Source of the DNA: Laspinema olomoucense D3b
GTDB lineage: Bacteria > Cyanobacteriota > Cyanobacteriia > Cyanobacteriales > Laspinemataceae
Length of the DNA stretch: 64,000 nucleotides
Reading direction: 5' to 3'
Assembly: GCF_025370785.1 (NCBI RefSeq)
Contig: NZ_JAMXFA010000001.1
Span: 235,902 to 299,901 of the forward strand
Part shown: one piece after another, positions 1 through 9,485 of the stretch
Position numbering within the stretch: the first letter of the stretch is position 1
How the letters are laid out: each line of letters opens with the position of its first letter
Notes under the pieces: model-generated
Databases searched by the model: none
What the model saw: the letters and a program-made list of their open reading frames with translations, nothing else
What the model was told of the DNA's origin: nothing
Translations under genes and position numbers: made by a program

Positions 1-357
1 TGTCAAAGGTATCGATAACTAAGCCAGTTTGACTCGCGATAAGTTTACTGGCATTTTCGGGAGTCAATTCTTTAGTTTGGATATCCAGTTTAATCCCGAC
101 GGCGCGATAGAGACTGTTGGCTAAAATTTTGGCTTTAAATGCGCCAATATCTGAACGATAGTAAGGCTGGGTGGAAAGATTGCGCTCCTCAATGCGATCG
201 CGATCAATCACCGAGAGCCGTTGTAAGCCACTGCGAGCTAAACTTTCAGTCAGATTCGCACCCAAAGCACCCGCCCCACAAATTGTCACCGGAAATTCCT
301 GAAGTTTCCCCATGACTTCCGGCGTTCTATAGAGTTGTTCATGAAAATAAATCGACA
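1..357 (-). CDS. ThiF/MoeB/HesA-family E1-like adenylyltransferase, N-terminal part (gene continues beyond window start)
   Basis: Reverse-strand translation from ATG at 357 reads MSIYFHEQLYRTPEVMGKLQEFPVTICGAGALGANLTESLARSGLQRLSVIDRDRIEERNLSTQPYY. The Rossmann GxGxxG motif followed by 'vIDrD..E.sNL.rQ' is the E1-like/ThiF signature. The C-terminus is cut by the window edge. Confidence 0.6.
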
Positions 358-395
358 TTTTTCTGATTAATTACAGCAAAAAACAAGTGAAAAAA

Positions 396-1250
396 TCAAT
401 CAAACCATTCATCCTGATTTTCAATCACCCCGATCAGGGATTGTAAATCAAAATCGCGGTCCCGTCCGCTCAAGCAAATTCCAGAACTGAACACGGTTAG
501 ATCTTGTTTAGAAATCGCTGAAGTATGCTGTTCCCCAGTCCGGGTAGTCCAGTGAACAGTCCAATATTCATCACCACTTTCCTGAAAGCTCTGTAACTCG
601 CCTCCGCCCATTTTCAGCGCCGCTTGTAACCGTTTTTCATCCTGGTAGTGCTGCCAATTGGGATTAAATTCTGCCATTTTGGTGGCGACTTGTTCGTAAA
701 CCGTGCGCATTTCTGGAGTCAGTCCTTTAAAACTCAAGTTTTTGGGGTGGGTTAAGCGCTTTAACTCGGTTCTAAGCTGTTCCGTAGGTAGTGGGTCGGC
801 ACGGCGATCGCAGGCTTCAAACCAGCCATTTTTGCCATCCCAACGCACCACAACGGGTTCAAACTTTCCCCCTTCTCCTACTAAATGAACGACTACGGGT
901 TTGACCGTTCCCGTGCGCTGACGCCAGTCTGATTCATTCATGGGATAAGCTAACCAAGTTTGACCACGCAGCGGGTAAGTTAGCCACAACCGCGCCTGGG
1001 GAAATTGCTCTAAATATTGGGCAATTTGTAGGAACGCTGCGGGTTCCATTAGCTGGGCTTTTCCAGGGGCAGTCGCCTTAAAAATTCCCCAACCTTCAAA
1101 CCCTCTGGGCTCAATCTCAAAGGTATAAATTATCCCCGACATTCGCAGTCTGACTCGTCCCCCCTGGACCGCTGGCGCGAGAAACTGTTTTCCCGGCAAA
1201 TCGCACTCTTGAGCCGCCAATTCTTTAAGGAGATGACGAATATTTTTCAT
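396..1250 (-). CDS. hypothetical protein (284 aa), co-oriented between kptA and the thiF-like gene
   Basis: Long ORF with no recognisable motif. 38-bp gap to the thiF-like start and 113-bp gap from kptA, same strand, so probably one operon. Confidence 0.55.
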   Translation of the reverse strand: MKNIRHLLKELAAQECDLPGKQFLAPAVQGGRVRLRMSGIIYTFEIEPRGFEGWGIFKATAPGKAQLMEPAAFLQIAQYLEQFPQARLWLTYPLRGQTWLAYPMNESDWRQRTGTVKPVVVHLVGEGGKFEPVVVRWDGKNGWFEACDRRADPLPTEQLRTELKRLTHPKNLSFKGLTPEMRTVYEQVATKMAEFNPNWQHYQDEKRLQAALKMGGGELQSFQESGDEYWTVHWTTRTGEQHTSAISKQDLTVFSSGICLSGRDRDFDLQSLIGVIENQDEWFD

Positions 1251-1363
1251 AGGCTTTTCTCCAAAACTAATTTCCCTAATTTTCCCCTGAATTCTGGCTA
1301 ATTTCAGCAGATGTTAGGGAGCGAGACGCTCCCACTCCTCTATCTATTTCATTGAAGTTCGGT

Positions 1364-1912
1364 TTAGGCCAAAACCAGATATTCTGGCGGAACTTCATCC
1401 ACCAGCCAAACTCCATTATCGGAACAGTAAAATAAATGCCCATTTTGGTACATTTCGGCAGCTTTAATGATGAATACCACAGGTTTACCGTGACGCATTC
1501 CCACCTGTCTGGCGGTGTCAATATCGGGAGATAAATGAACATGATGGCGGGCTTTTTTTTGTAATCCCTGGGCCAGAATTGACTCAACCGCTTGATCTCT
1601 CGTGCCATGATAGAGGATATCCGGCGGACAACGGGGTTTGAGTTGCAAATCTATCGGAATACTATGCCCTTGATTCGCCCGAATGCGAGTGCCGGTGGAA
1701 TCGAAGGAAAAGCGCTGTTTATTGTTCGTTTCTACGACTAAATCCAGTTGCGATCGGGTGATGGGGTACTGGTGAGCTTGTGCTGCTGCTAATAAGGCTT
1801 CCACCGCAACCCAGCCCCCGGGTTCCAGTTCTAATCCGATTTCCTCGGGATGGTGTCGCAAGTGATAGCTGAGATATTTACTAATTTTAATTAATTGAGA
1901 ATTTGGGCTCAT
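1364..1912 (-). CDS. kptA: RNA 2'-phosphotransferase (Tpt1/KptA family)
   Basis: 182 aa. Motifs YHLRHHPEE, HGT...ILAQGL and RHHVHLS match the Tpt1/KptA family fold and length. Confidence 0.75.
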   Translation of the reverse strand: MSPNSQLIKISKYLSYHLRHHPEEIGLELEPGGWVAVEALLAAAQAHQYPITRSQLDLVVETNNKQRFSFDSTGTRIRANQGHSIPIDLQLKPRCPPDILYHGTRDQAVESILAQGLQKKARHHVHLSPDIDTARQVGMRHGKPVVFIIKAAEMYQNGHLFYCSDNGVWLVDEVPPEYLVLA

Positions 1913-2142
1913 TAATTTTTTTGAATTCCGTTAATAAGTAAAAACCTGAGAAAGGGATAAAAAAATTATTGAAGTTCTACAGAAATTATAGTTCCCCGAT
2001 AGCCTCCTGGGTGTTCCTGGAATAATATTTCTGTGGAAAAGTATTGCGAAGCACACTTTGGGGCATTTCTGATTTTGGCTTTTAGCTGAGGGCAGGATCC
2101 AAATCCTTTCTTTCCAGCCTGACTGTTTTTTAGAAAAGGGGA

Positions 2143-2170
2143 TTGACAAATGGAAAAGGAATGATAGAAT
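2143..2170 (+). promoter_or_regulatory. sigma70-like promoter (TTGACA, 16 nt spacer, TAGAAT) upstream of the secreted-protein gene
   Basis: ttgaca at 2143-2148 and tagaat at 2165-2170 seen directly. The downstream AGGAGG at 2201-2206 precedes the ATG at 2214. Confidence 0.35.
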
Positions 2171-2213
2171 GTCATTTAACACATTTTCAGTAGGCCCTCA
2201 AGGAGGGTGTATA

Positions 2214-2642
2214 ATGAACTCAAACTTTATGGTTAATCTGTCCTTCCGTTCTCTGCTCATTGGGTTGGCATTATGCCTACCTCTGGTGACTACTACAGTC
2301 GTCCGCGCTGAGGAAGCTGAGGAGACTGAGGAGAGCAGTGCTCAAGAGGAGACTGAGGAGAGCAGCGCTCAATATCAATTTACGGTTACTAATAATACAG
2401 GTAGCCCGATTACCGAACTTTATGTCGATGATACTGACGAGACCGCATGGGGCGACAGTATCCTAGTCGAGCCCATCGAACCGGGGGGTAAGGATCAATT
2501 TGAGTGGGCCGATGAAGACTGGAAAGATGGAGACCCGTGTCTCTATGATGTCTTTACTCGCAGTGAAGATGGGACAGAAGGCATGGCGACTGCCATAGAT
2601 TTTTGCACGAATCCTGATATCGAGGTTTCTCCCAAAGAATAA
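2214..2642 (+). CDS. small secreted acidic protein (signal peptide; EEAEETEESSAQ duplicated)
   Basis: Track ORF 2169..2642. The start at 2214 (MNSNFMVNLSFRSLLIGLALCLPLVTTTVVRAEE) is preferred because AGGAGG lies 7 nt upstream and the ATG at 2169 sits inside the predicted -10. N-terminal hydrophobic signal, then an acidic duplicated stretch. Confidence 0.55.
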   Translation: MNSNFMVNLSFRSLLIGLALCLPLVTTTVVRAEEAEETEESSAQEETEESSAQYQFTVTNNTGSPITELYVDDTDETAWGDSILVEPIEPGGKDQFEWADEDWKDGDPCLYDVFTRSEDGTEGMATAIDFCTNPDIEVSPKE

Positions 2643-2746
2643 GTAACTCGATAAGACGTAACCGGAAACTGGTTTTTATTCTAAAAATGTAGAAGAAGTG
2701 GGGCCGATCGCCCCACTTTTTCATTTTATCATTCCCGTAAAATTCC

Positions 2747-3973
2747 TTAAACAAATTGAGTTACAAATTCATAGATTAAATCAATCCGTCCTTTGCGTAA
2801 TACAGCCGGATCTAATCGTTCGGTGGTGTTACAAGTCATTAAAAACACCAGCTTTTGTTGAGCGTTAATCCCCTCGGGTTCTAAGACACTTTGATATAAA
2901 GTGCCATCGAGTAAGCTGAGGATATGTTCAGTTTTATTACTGTGTTGGGCGGCTTCGCTTCCCCGGTCTTGGGCGAGGTTATCTGCTTCATTAATAATGA
3001 TGCAAATTTTTTCTAAATAACTGGGGGGAACGAAATTTTCTACGGCATCATGGTCCAGAATAAAAATCACATATCCCAAGGGAACTAGAATTTCTTTGGC
3101 AACGGCTTGGGTCCAAGCTGTTTTGCCTGTTCCTGGTGCGCCATGAACGAGGACGGCGAGTTGAGGTTGGGTAAAGATGGCCTCTTGGACGCGATCGCTA
3201 AAGCCTTGAATATCAGCAGGAAAGGTGCGAATCGGAAACTCGCTCTGAACTTGACCCACACGGCTTTGATAGCCACTGAGCATGACTGCTAGATTGTAGG
3301 TGGCTTTGTTAATCAGCGATCGCAAATCATCGGCAATCAGCGTATATTGAAATTGATTGCGGCCCGTATTTTGAATGCGCCCCAGGGGGTCGATTTGTAG
3401 CCAAATGTTCTGTTTTTTCCAATAGGCATAAACGATCCCCATTGTTTGAATGCGCTCCCAAGTGGAAAACCGCTCGATGGGATAATAAAAATACCGTTCT
3501 AGGTAATATTGGGTAATCAAATCGGGACGACCTAAAAGGTCCAGGACTTTGCAAACGGTAATCTCTTGGAGGCGTTTGAGGACGTAATCAATCGGGATGC
3601 TGTCCCGGCTGACGAATTGAACAACGGGGGTTTCTGCCGTGATCATATCTGCGCTGAGACAATTGGGTCCCGCCGGTGGGGGAGTAATGTAATCCCAAAA
3701 CTCATTAAAATCGCCTCGGGTGTATTCCGAAAATACATTTAAAATATTCGCCCACCACGTAAAATTTTGACGCCCTAACGCATCGGCAATATCACTACTA
3801 AAATCTAAGGTTTTGTGGGCTAATTCCCAGGGGTCTTTAGAGGCGAGATGGAAAAAATAACTCCAATCAAAGTCCCGGGATAAGGGTCGCCAACCCGCTC
3901 CCAGCAATCCCCGATCTTGGGTGGGGTTGCGATCGCGAAGCTCGTTTCCGTGGTCAAAGTTACTGAATGCCAT
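2747..3973 (-). CDS. AAA+ ATPase (classic clade) with a ~270-aa N-terminal domain of unknown function
   Basis: Walker A LVHGAPGTGKT, Walker B region ICIIINEADNL, and arginine-finger-like LRKGRID near the C-terminus. The N-terminal 270 aa have no recognisable motif. Confidence 0.7.
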   Translation of the reverse strand: MAFSNFDHGNELRDRNPTQDRGLLGAGWRPLSRDFDWSYFFHLASKDPWELAHKTLDFSSDIADALGRQNFTWWANILNVFSEYTRGDFNEFWDYITPPPAGPNCLSADMITAETPVVQFVSRDSIPIDYVLKRLQEITVCKVLDLLGRPDLITQYYLERYFYYPIERFSTWERIQTMGIVYAYWKKQNIWLQIDPLGRIQNTGRNQFQYTLIADDLRSLINKATYNLAVMLSGYQSRVGQVQSEFPIRTFPADIQGFSDRVQEAIFTQPQLAVLVHGAPGTGKTAWTQAVAKEILVPLGYVIFILDHDAVENFVPPSYLEKICIIINEADNLAQDRGSEAAQHSNKTEHILSLLDGTLYQSVLEPEGINAQQKLVFLMTCNTTERLDPAVLRKGRIDLIYEFVTQFV

Positions 3974-4832
3974 AATTTAAGTGAGTTTTGCTCGCCTAAC
4001 TGAACTGAAAGTTTGCACTAAGGCTGTAATGCCTGGGAAAAATTAACGCTTTATTGAAAGCGGCCCTTAGAAAACATTTGGATTTATCACATAAATAACC
4101 GGGGACGCTTATTTTCTGTTGATTCAAGTAATTATTTCCTTACATTGGTACCAGATTGGTGAGGCCAAAGTTCTGAAATGAAGATGATTTTTTTCATAAA
4201 GTACCTACGAATAGGATGTTAACAAAAATAGGGGCGATCGCTGAGTCAATGACCTGGGTGAGCCGTTTGAGTGATTCTTCTCATTCCCTGGGTCTCCTCC
4301 TGAGAATTCTGATAGATTCCTTTGGTCCGAGTCATCCATTGACAGCATGGCGATCGCGTAGCTTTCGATGGAAACTGATGTCTGGAGCAAACACGGTCAG
4401 CGTAGACTTCTATAAGCAAGGCGATCGCCCCCATTTCAAATTTATGGCAATTTAAAAATTTACGCTTTTGCTACTCACATAATACATCCATGTTACACCC
4501 TTGTCAAGAGAGGGAAAAAATTTTCTGCGCCGCTGTCTATCGCCAGTCTTGTAGGAATTCTCCAATTCCACTCCGGTGGGGCAGCATCTTGCTGTAGTAG
4601 GGAGTAAAATGCTCCACCGGATTAATTTTAGGGTCAGAATGATTTAGACCTGCTATCTCCCGCGTCTGGGGGGAAGACCAGAGGTAGAGATCCGGTGTTG
4701 ACGGGAAATTTAGCATTACAGGTTGTTCCTACTTCTGTGGGCCCTAATCCTCAACCGAGAGTTTCTGAAGCAGGATAGGCGGGCTATAGTAAAAGAAAGA
4801 AGCCACCCAGGATAAAATCGAGGGGTTCTATT

Positions 4833-5762
4833 ATGCAATTAGCCGATTCAGATATTGATTTATTTTACCATCTATACTATTCCATCTTAATTTATGTTAA
4901 TCAAAAATTTGGTCTTTTTGCCGGATGCTGTGGTTCAGAGGAAATGTCAGAACTGACGCCGTTACAGGTTAATGAACTCCGCCAGCAACTCTATACTCAT
5001 CCCTACCTCTTTGATTTATTTGCCGAAGAAAACCCCCTGAAAATTGCTCCAGATTTACTGCAAATTGTTTCCAGTTGGCACAATTTTATTTCGGGAAGAT
5101 TTTATATTTATAGTTATCACCAAAATTATGCGGTGTTAATTGCCGATCGCCCTCCCAGTAAAGCCTACGGCGTGTTAGCCCTGGATTGTCCCTTTCCCGA
5201 ACTGGTGGGGAGTGTTTTGCCGGTGATGGTGGAAACGGTACTCTTACCCTTTAAAAACAAAATTATCTATGATGGAACCTTACAACCCTATCCCTTTTAT
5301 TTAGGTTTAAGCATTAAAGGGAGTCTGAGTGAAACCTATCATCATGCCGTTGAAAAATTTGGAATTATCGCCTCCTTGACGGAAGTTGCAGCAGCGGAAC
5401 CACCCCCAGCACCTCAGCCCGATCATCAACTCAGCCCTCTGAGCCACGGCGAACTCCTAAAATTTTATCTACAGAGTGAAGAGAATCGAAAAACTTATGA
5501 AGTTCAAATACAAGAATTAGTCCAAAAAAGTGTAGATTTAAAAGTTACCTATTACCAAGAAATGGGGCGGTTGTACGCCGAAATTTATCAGGCACGCTGG
5601 CGAGAAATAGGGATAAAAAAGGGCTGGATTGCCCTGTTTGAAGAAATGCCGATCGCCAGCGGTGGGACCAAAGCCGAAGTCGAGGGAATTTTAAAGAAAA
5701 TTATCCCGGCAGATCGCCGAAAATTCGTCTATATTTTTCGACTTAAACCCGGCGATCGATAA
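4833..5762 (+). CDS. hypothetical protein (309 aa)
   Basis: Clean ORF with no recognised motif, preceded by ~860 bp of non-coding sequence. Confidence 0.5.
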   Translation: MQLADSDIDLFYHLYYSILIYVNQKFGLFAGCCGSEEMSELTPLQVNELRQQLYTHPYLFDLFAEENPLKIAPDLLQIVSSWHNFISGRFYIYSYHQNYAVLIADRPPSKAYGVLALDCPFPELVGSVLPVMVETVLLPFKNKIIYDGTLQPYPFYLGLSIKGSLSETYHHAVEKFGIIASLTEVAAAEPPPAPQPDHQLSPLSHGELLKFYLQSEENRKTYEVQIQELVQKSVDLKVTYYQEMGRLYAEIYQARWREIGIKKGWIALFEEMPIASGGTKAEVEGILKKIIPADRRKFVYIFRLKPGDR

Positions 5763-5899
5763 AATCAGAGGGACTCTAGCGATTTTCCCCTCCCCTGGGA
5801 CTGGAAAAATCTTCACCCACTGACCCCTTACATCCCAGGGGATAGACTAGGAGCAGATAGGGTGCTACAGGGTCAGACATCGATTAGAATCACCCTCTG

Positions 5900-6967
5900 G
5901 TGAGCATTAAGATTTTCTACGGGACTCCAGAGGTGGCCCCACGAATGGCAAATCCACGAATCATCAAAAACAACAAATTGAGTTTACGAATAGGGCAAAT
6001 TTACCGATGGATGGGAGTTTTTATCATTGTGTTAGCTGTGGTTTGCCTAGCTATTCCGGGGCGATCGCAAGATTCTGCCGGGGTGATGCGCTTGATGCAA
6101 ACCAATCAGTGCCAAGCCTGTATTCTGACCGATGCCAACCTGAGTAATACCGACCTCACCGGTGCCGATCTGAGCGGTTCTAACCTAACGAATGCCAATT
6201 TCCAAGGGTCCGATTTGAGAGGGGCCAATCTGACTGGGGCCAACCTCACGGGGGCCAACTTACACAAAGTCAATCTTCGAGGGGCCAATCTAACCGGAGT
6301 CAACCTCACTGAGGCGAATTTATCTCAGAGTCAGCTCGTGGGTGCAGTTTTATTTTTAATTAACCTAGCGAATGCAGACTTGTCCGAAGCCAATTTAAGC
6401 GGGACAGATCTCAGCCGCATCTACATTGAGCAAGCGAACCTCAATGGTGCTCAACTCCAGGGGAGCAATCTCACAGGTGCCGAACTCTTCGGGGTGACCC
6501 TCAACAATGCCAACCTCAGTGGGGCCATCCTCAATAGTGCCAATCTCAGTGGAGCCAGTGCGCGGCAAGCGTTCCTGCAAGGGGCACAGATGCAAGGCGC
6601 CAGTCTCAGAAATGCTAACCTCAGCACCAGTAACTTACGAGGGGCCTTGTTAACCCAGGCGGACCTCTCCGGTGCTGATTTATTAGATGCGGATATGCAT
6701 GGGGTTATTCTCAATGAAGCGATTTTGATTAATACCCAGCTCAGAAATGTCCAGCTTCAGGGAGCCAGCTTAGAGGGGACGATTCTCTCGGGTGCGGACC
6801 TAGAGGGGGCAATCCTCACGGGTGCCACCTTCCGCAATGTCGAACTCACGGGCACTAATCTGCGAGGGGCGGATCTCACTCAGATTGGGATTGAGAATGT
6901 AGATTTTACCCAAGGGACAATTTGTGACGCTATTTTACCCGATGGCAAAACAGCGCGGTGTCGTTAA
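5900..6967 (+). CDS. pentapeptide-repeat protein with an N-terminal transmembrane anchor
   Basis: Dozens of A(N/D)L(S/T)G(A/S) pentapeptides (ANLSNTDLTGADLSGSNLTNANFQGSDLRGANL...). GTG start at 5900; an alternative ATG lies at 5946. One TM helix (WMGVFIIVLAVVCLAI). Confidence 0.85.
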   Translation: MSIKIFYGTPEVAPRMANPRIIKNNKLSLRIGQIYRWMGVFIIVLAVVCLAIPGRSQDSAGVMRLMQTNQCQACILTDANLSNTDLTGADLSGSNLTNANFQGSDLRGANLTGANLTGANLHKVNLRGANLTGVNLTEANLSQSQLVGAVLFLINLANADLSEANLSGTDLSRIYIEQANLNGAQLQGSNLTGAELFGVTLNNANLSGAILNSANLSGASARQAFLQGAQMQGASLRNANLSTSNLRGALLTQADLSGADLLDADMHGVILNEAILINTQLRNVQLQGASLEGTILSGADLEGAILTGATFRNVELTGTNLRGADLTQIGIENVDFTQGTICDAILPDGKTARCR

Positions 6968-8258
6968 CCCCAGCAGGAACTTATGGGAGAGATCAAGAAT
7001 GCTCCGATTTCGGAGCAAGAACCCCGGAATCTGTACAAGTTTCAGTTGAGGAGTATGACTTGAGTCGTTTTTTCAGGTTGGTATAACGATGGGAGTCGTT
7101 ATTGGGTGTTAGTTAAAGGCGCTGCTGGGTTTCTCTCCAGTCCCAAGCCAGCGCAAGGACCCCGGCCCTGACTCAAAAATGCCTGAGTCAGGGCAATCTT
7201 TGGGGTAGGAATTTGCTCGGTTGACTGTTAAAATAATCGGCTGTGAACATTTTTGAATTGACTTGAACCCCCAAAACCGAGAGCCAGGGATTAGACATGA
7301 AATATTAACTTTAGGGGACAGCGCCTGCATTGAAGGTTGATTGCAACCTACTGAGTTATGACCTCGATTGTAGACCTGTAGCCAATCCCTATCAACCGGG
7401 TTGGATGAGGTCCAAAGTTGTTCAAATTTGAGCCTTAACCGGCCGGTAAAGGCAGCTTTCTTAGACGAGATTCTCTGGGGAGGAAAGCAGGGGAGGTAAC
7501 TTATAAGCCTACAGGGATTCCATGAACCGATTACCGTTCACCCTTGATTGCCTCGGGCGAGGGTTAGAATGCAGAGAATGTCGGGTAATCTAAATAGGGT
7601 AAATTTGCCTAGAAATATAGTTAAAAGAGGGGACAGTAAAAGCGATCGCCCGATGGAATTAACGGTCAATTGTAGCCAAAATTACTTTTTTGGAGCAGTG
7701 GGATGGGATATCTCTACGGGGTAAATCGATCAACAATGTCAACCCCCTGAGGATGTTATAACAGCCGAAGAGAGCAAGCTCTGAAAGCCCAAAAAATAGA
7801 AGCCCAGAGGCATTCCTTCCGGTGGGTGAGATTCAAACCCCACCCTTTAAGGGATCCGCTGCCCTCCGAGGAATTGAAGCGTCCAAACCGAGTCAATTCT
7901 TGGGCAAGAGCCGAGAAAATTTCCCGGCAACTGCATCGAACTGGGAAGTGGTAGGACTTGATCCTCGGTGAGATATCTGGAATTTCATTTGGGAAACCTG
8001 GGGGAACCCAGCCAAAAAACGGATCAATTTTCAATGAAAAACCGGGTAAACTATTTCCAAGGGCGATCGCTCCCCACGCATCCTAGACTATTCCCCCCTA
8101 TTTAGGGAACTTTTACCCCAGCGATCTCGGCTTAAATATTCAAGACCGGCGCTTTTAATCTGGCAAATTTTAGAGGGGGTTAACCGTGATAAGAACCAGA
8201 GTTCCGGGAGCGTCAAAGTCCGCCAAGAATAACCCTAGAGAAGTTCAGTATTCAGGTT

Positions 8259-8918
8259 ATGCTCACCTCCCGTAAAGTCAACTTAATTGGTGCTTGTCTG
8301 GGATTCGTAACCGTGGGTTTCGGAGCCTTCAGTAATCCCATGATTAATCCAGAAAGCCACACTTGCCCAAATGCCCAAACCCTCGGAGGCCAGATTTGCC
8401 GGGGACAAGTTCCTAAAGAAATGCCTGAAGAAGCTTGGGGTCAATTTGGAGCGGTGGCTTATCAAGCAGCCGCAGAAGTGATGAGTTCCAATAATGCTGA
8501 ACCGCAAGCTTTAACTGAGACTCAAAAACAATATTTACGCCCCCATTTTGGCGATTTAGTGGATCGGGTGAAAGTGGTTTATAATGCTACTTTAATGGAA
8601 GATTGGGTAGCGGCAAGTTTCAAAATTAATGTGGGTGAATCCAACGCTCAAGTTTATGGAAACACCATTTATATTAAAAAGGAGATGAAAGAACAGGACT
8701 TCGAGCAACTGGTCCTGCTCTCCCACGAACTAATCCACTGCCAGCAGCACGAACAACTCGGCAGCTTAGGAAATTTTGGCTATCACTATTTTAAAGAATA
8801 TAAAAAAGCCGGAGAAATCTACAGAAATAATAAATTAGAAGTAGAAGCCTTTGAGTTCGAGAAAGAATTTGCCCAAGGGTTGGCCAAAAAAATTCCTGGA
8901 TCTTATCGTCCAAGATAA
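8259..8918 (+). CDS. secreted DUF4157-like protein with HExxH metallopeptidase-like motif
   Basis: Signal/lipoprotein-like N-terminus (LIGAC). The stretch HFGDLVDRVKVVYNATL ... VYGNTIYIK ... LVLLSHELIHCQQHEQ fits the DUF4157 consensus (fGxDlsxVrvH ... Ifxxxx ... LLaHELtHVvQQ) as I recall it. Confidence 0.5.
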   Translation: MLTSRKVNLIGACLGFVTVGFGAFSNPMINPESHTCPNAQTLGGQICRGQVPKEMPEEAWGQFGAVAYQAAAEVMSSNNAEPQALTETQKQYLRPHFGDLVDRVKVVYNATLMEDWVAASFKINVGESNAQVYGNTIYIKKEMKEQDFEQLVLLSHELIHCQQHEQLGSLGNFGYHYFKEYKKAGEIYRNNKLEVEAFEFEKEFAQGLAKKIPGSYRPR

Positions 8919-9006
8919 CCGGGGTGGCAACGGCTAAATATTCAACGGGGCAAGGGGGATCCGGGCCACATAGAGAGGCAGGTACAGGGTAGTCACTCCG
9001 GAGGGT

Positions 9007-9420
9007 TTGATGCTATCGTGGAAGGAACAAATGGCCAGCTTAAACATCATCCCAACTCAAGACACTCCACTTGCACAAGCAGAACTTATGATTCGATTTA
9101 AACTTGCTCCGGCCCTCAGTTTAGCGTTAACGTTAGCGATTACTTCCATCCTCGCTGCGGCGCAACCTTTCTTGGGGATGGCTAATCTGAGCCAACCTGT
9201 GGCTCAGGTGACGCAAATTGCTCCATCCGGGGCGATCGCCACTCCCCTACATCCGAGTCTGCTGTCTCAAGTTTCCGGCAACTTAGCATCGGTATGGATG
9301 AGTCCGGAAATCCGCCATCAGGGGGCTTTAATTGCTCAGGGATCCGGAAGTGACCCGATCCGAGATGCACTGGGATGCTCCTGTGCAATCTGCACGGGGC
9401 AGTCACAAATCGAAGTTTAG
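9007..9420 (+). CDS. hypothetical small protein (137 aa)
   Basis: ORF only; the product has a hydrophobic/Ala-rich segment. It could be non-coding. Confidence 0.3.
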   Translation: MMLSWKEQMASLNIIPTQDTPLAQAELMIRFKLAPALSLALTLAITSILAAAQPFLGMANLSQPVAQVTQIAPSGAIATPLHPSLLSQVSGNLASVWMSPEIRHQGALIAQGSGSDPIRDALGCSCAICTGQSQIEV

Positions 9421-9485
9421 CAAAGAAACATCGCAGGGGAATCAGAGCGATTATATCCTTCAGATTCGCTCTGTCCTTTGCTGTT

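Noticed and set aside
1276-1608. 110-aa minus-strand ORF overlapping kptA in another frame
   Set aside because: It is out-of-frame overlap with the KptA CDS, which carries the family motifs; the alternative frame has none.
6106-6714. Minus-strand ORFs (67-87 aa) inside the pentapeptide-repeat gene
   Set aside because: They are antisense products of the repetitive pentapeptide coding sequence (Leu/Ala/Pro/Arg-rich low complexity) and are fully overlapped by the well-supported + strand gene.
7820-7850. tRNA-like T-arm (gggtg ... gtttgaatc ... caccc) on the minus strand
   Set aside because: The loop between the 5-bp stems is 12 nt rather than 7, and no acceptor, D or anticodon arms can be built around it. 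It is just a hairpin.
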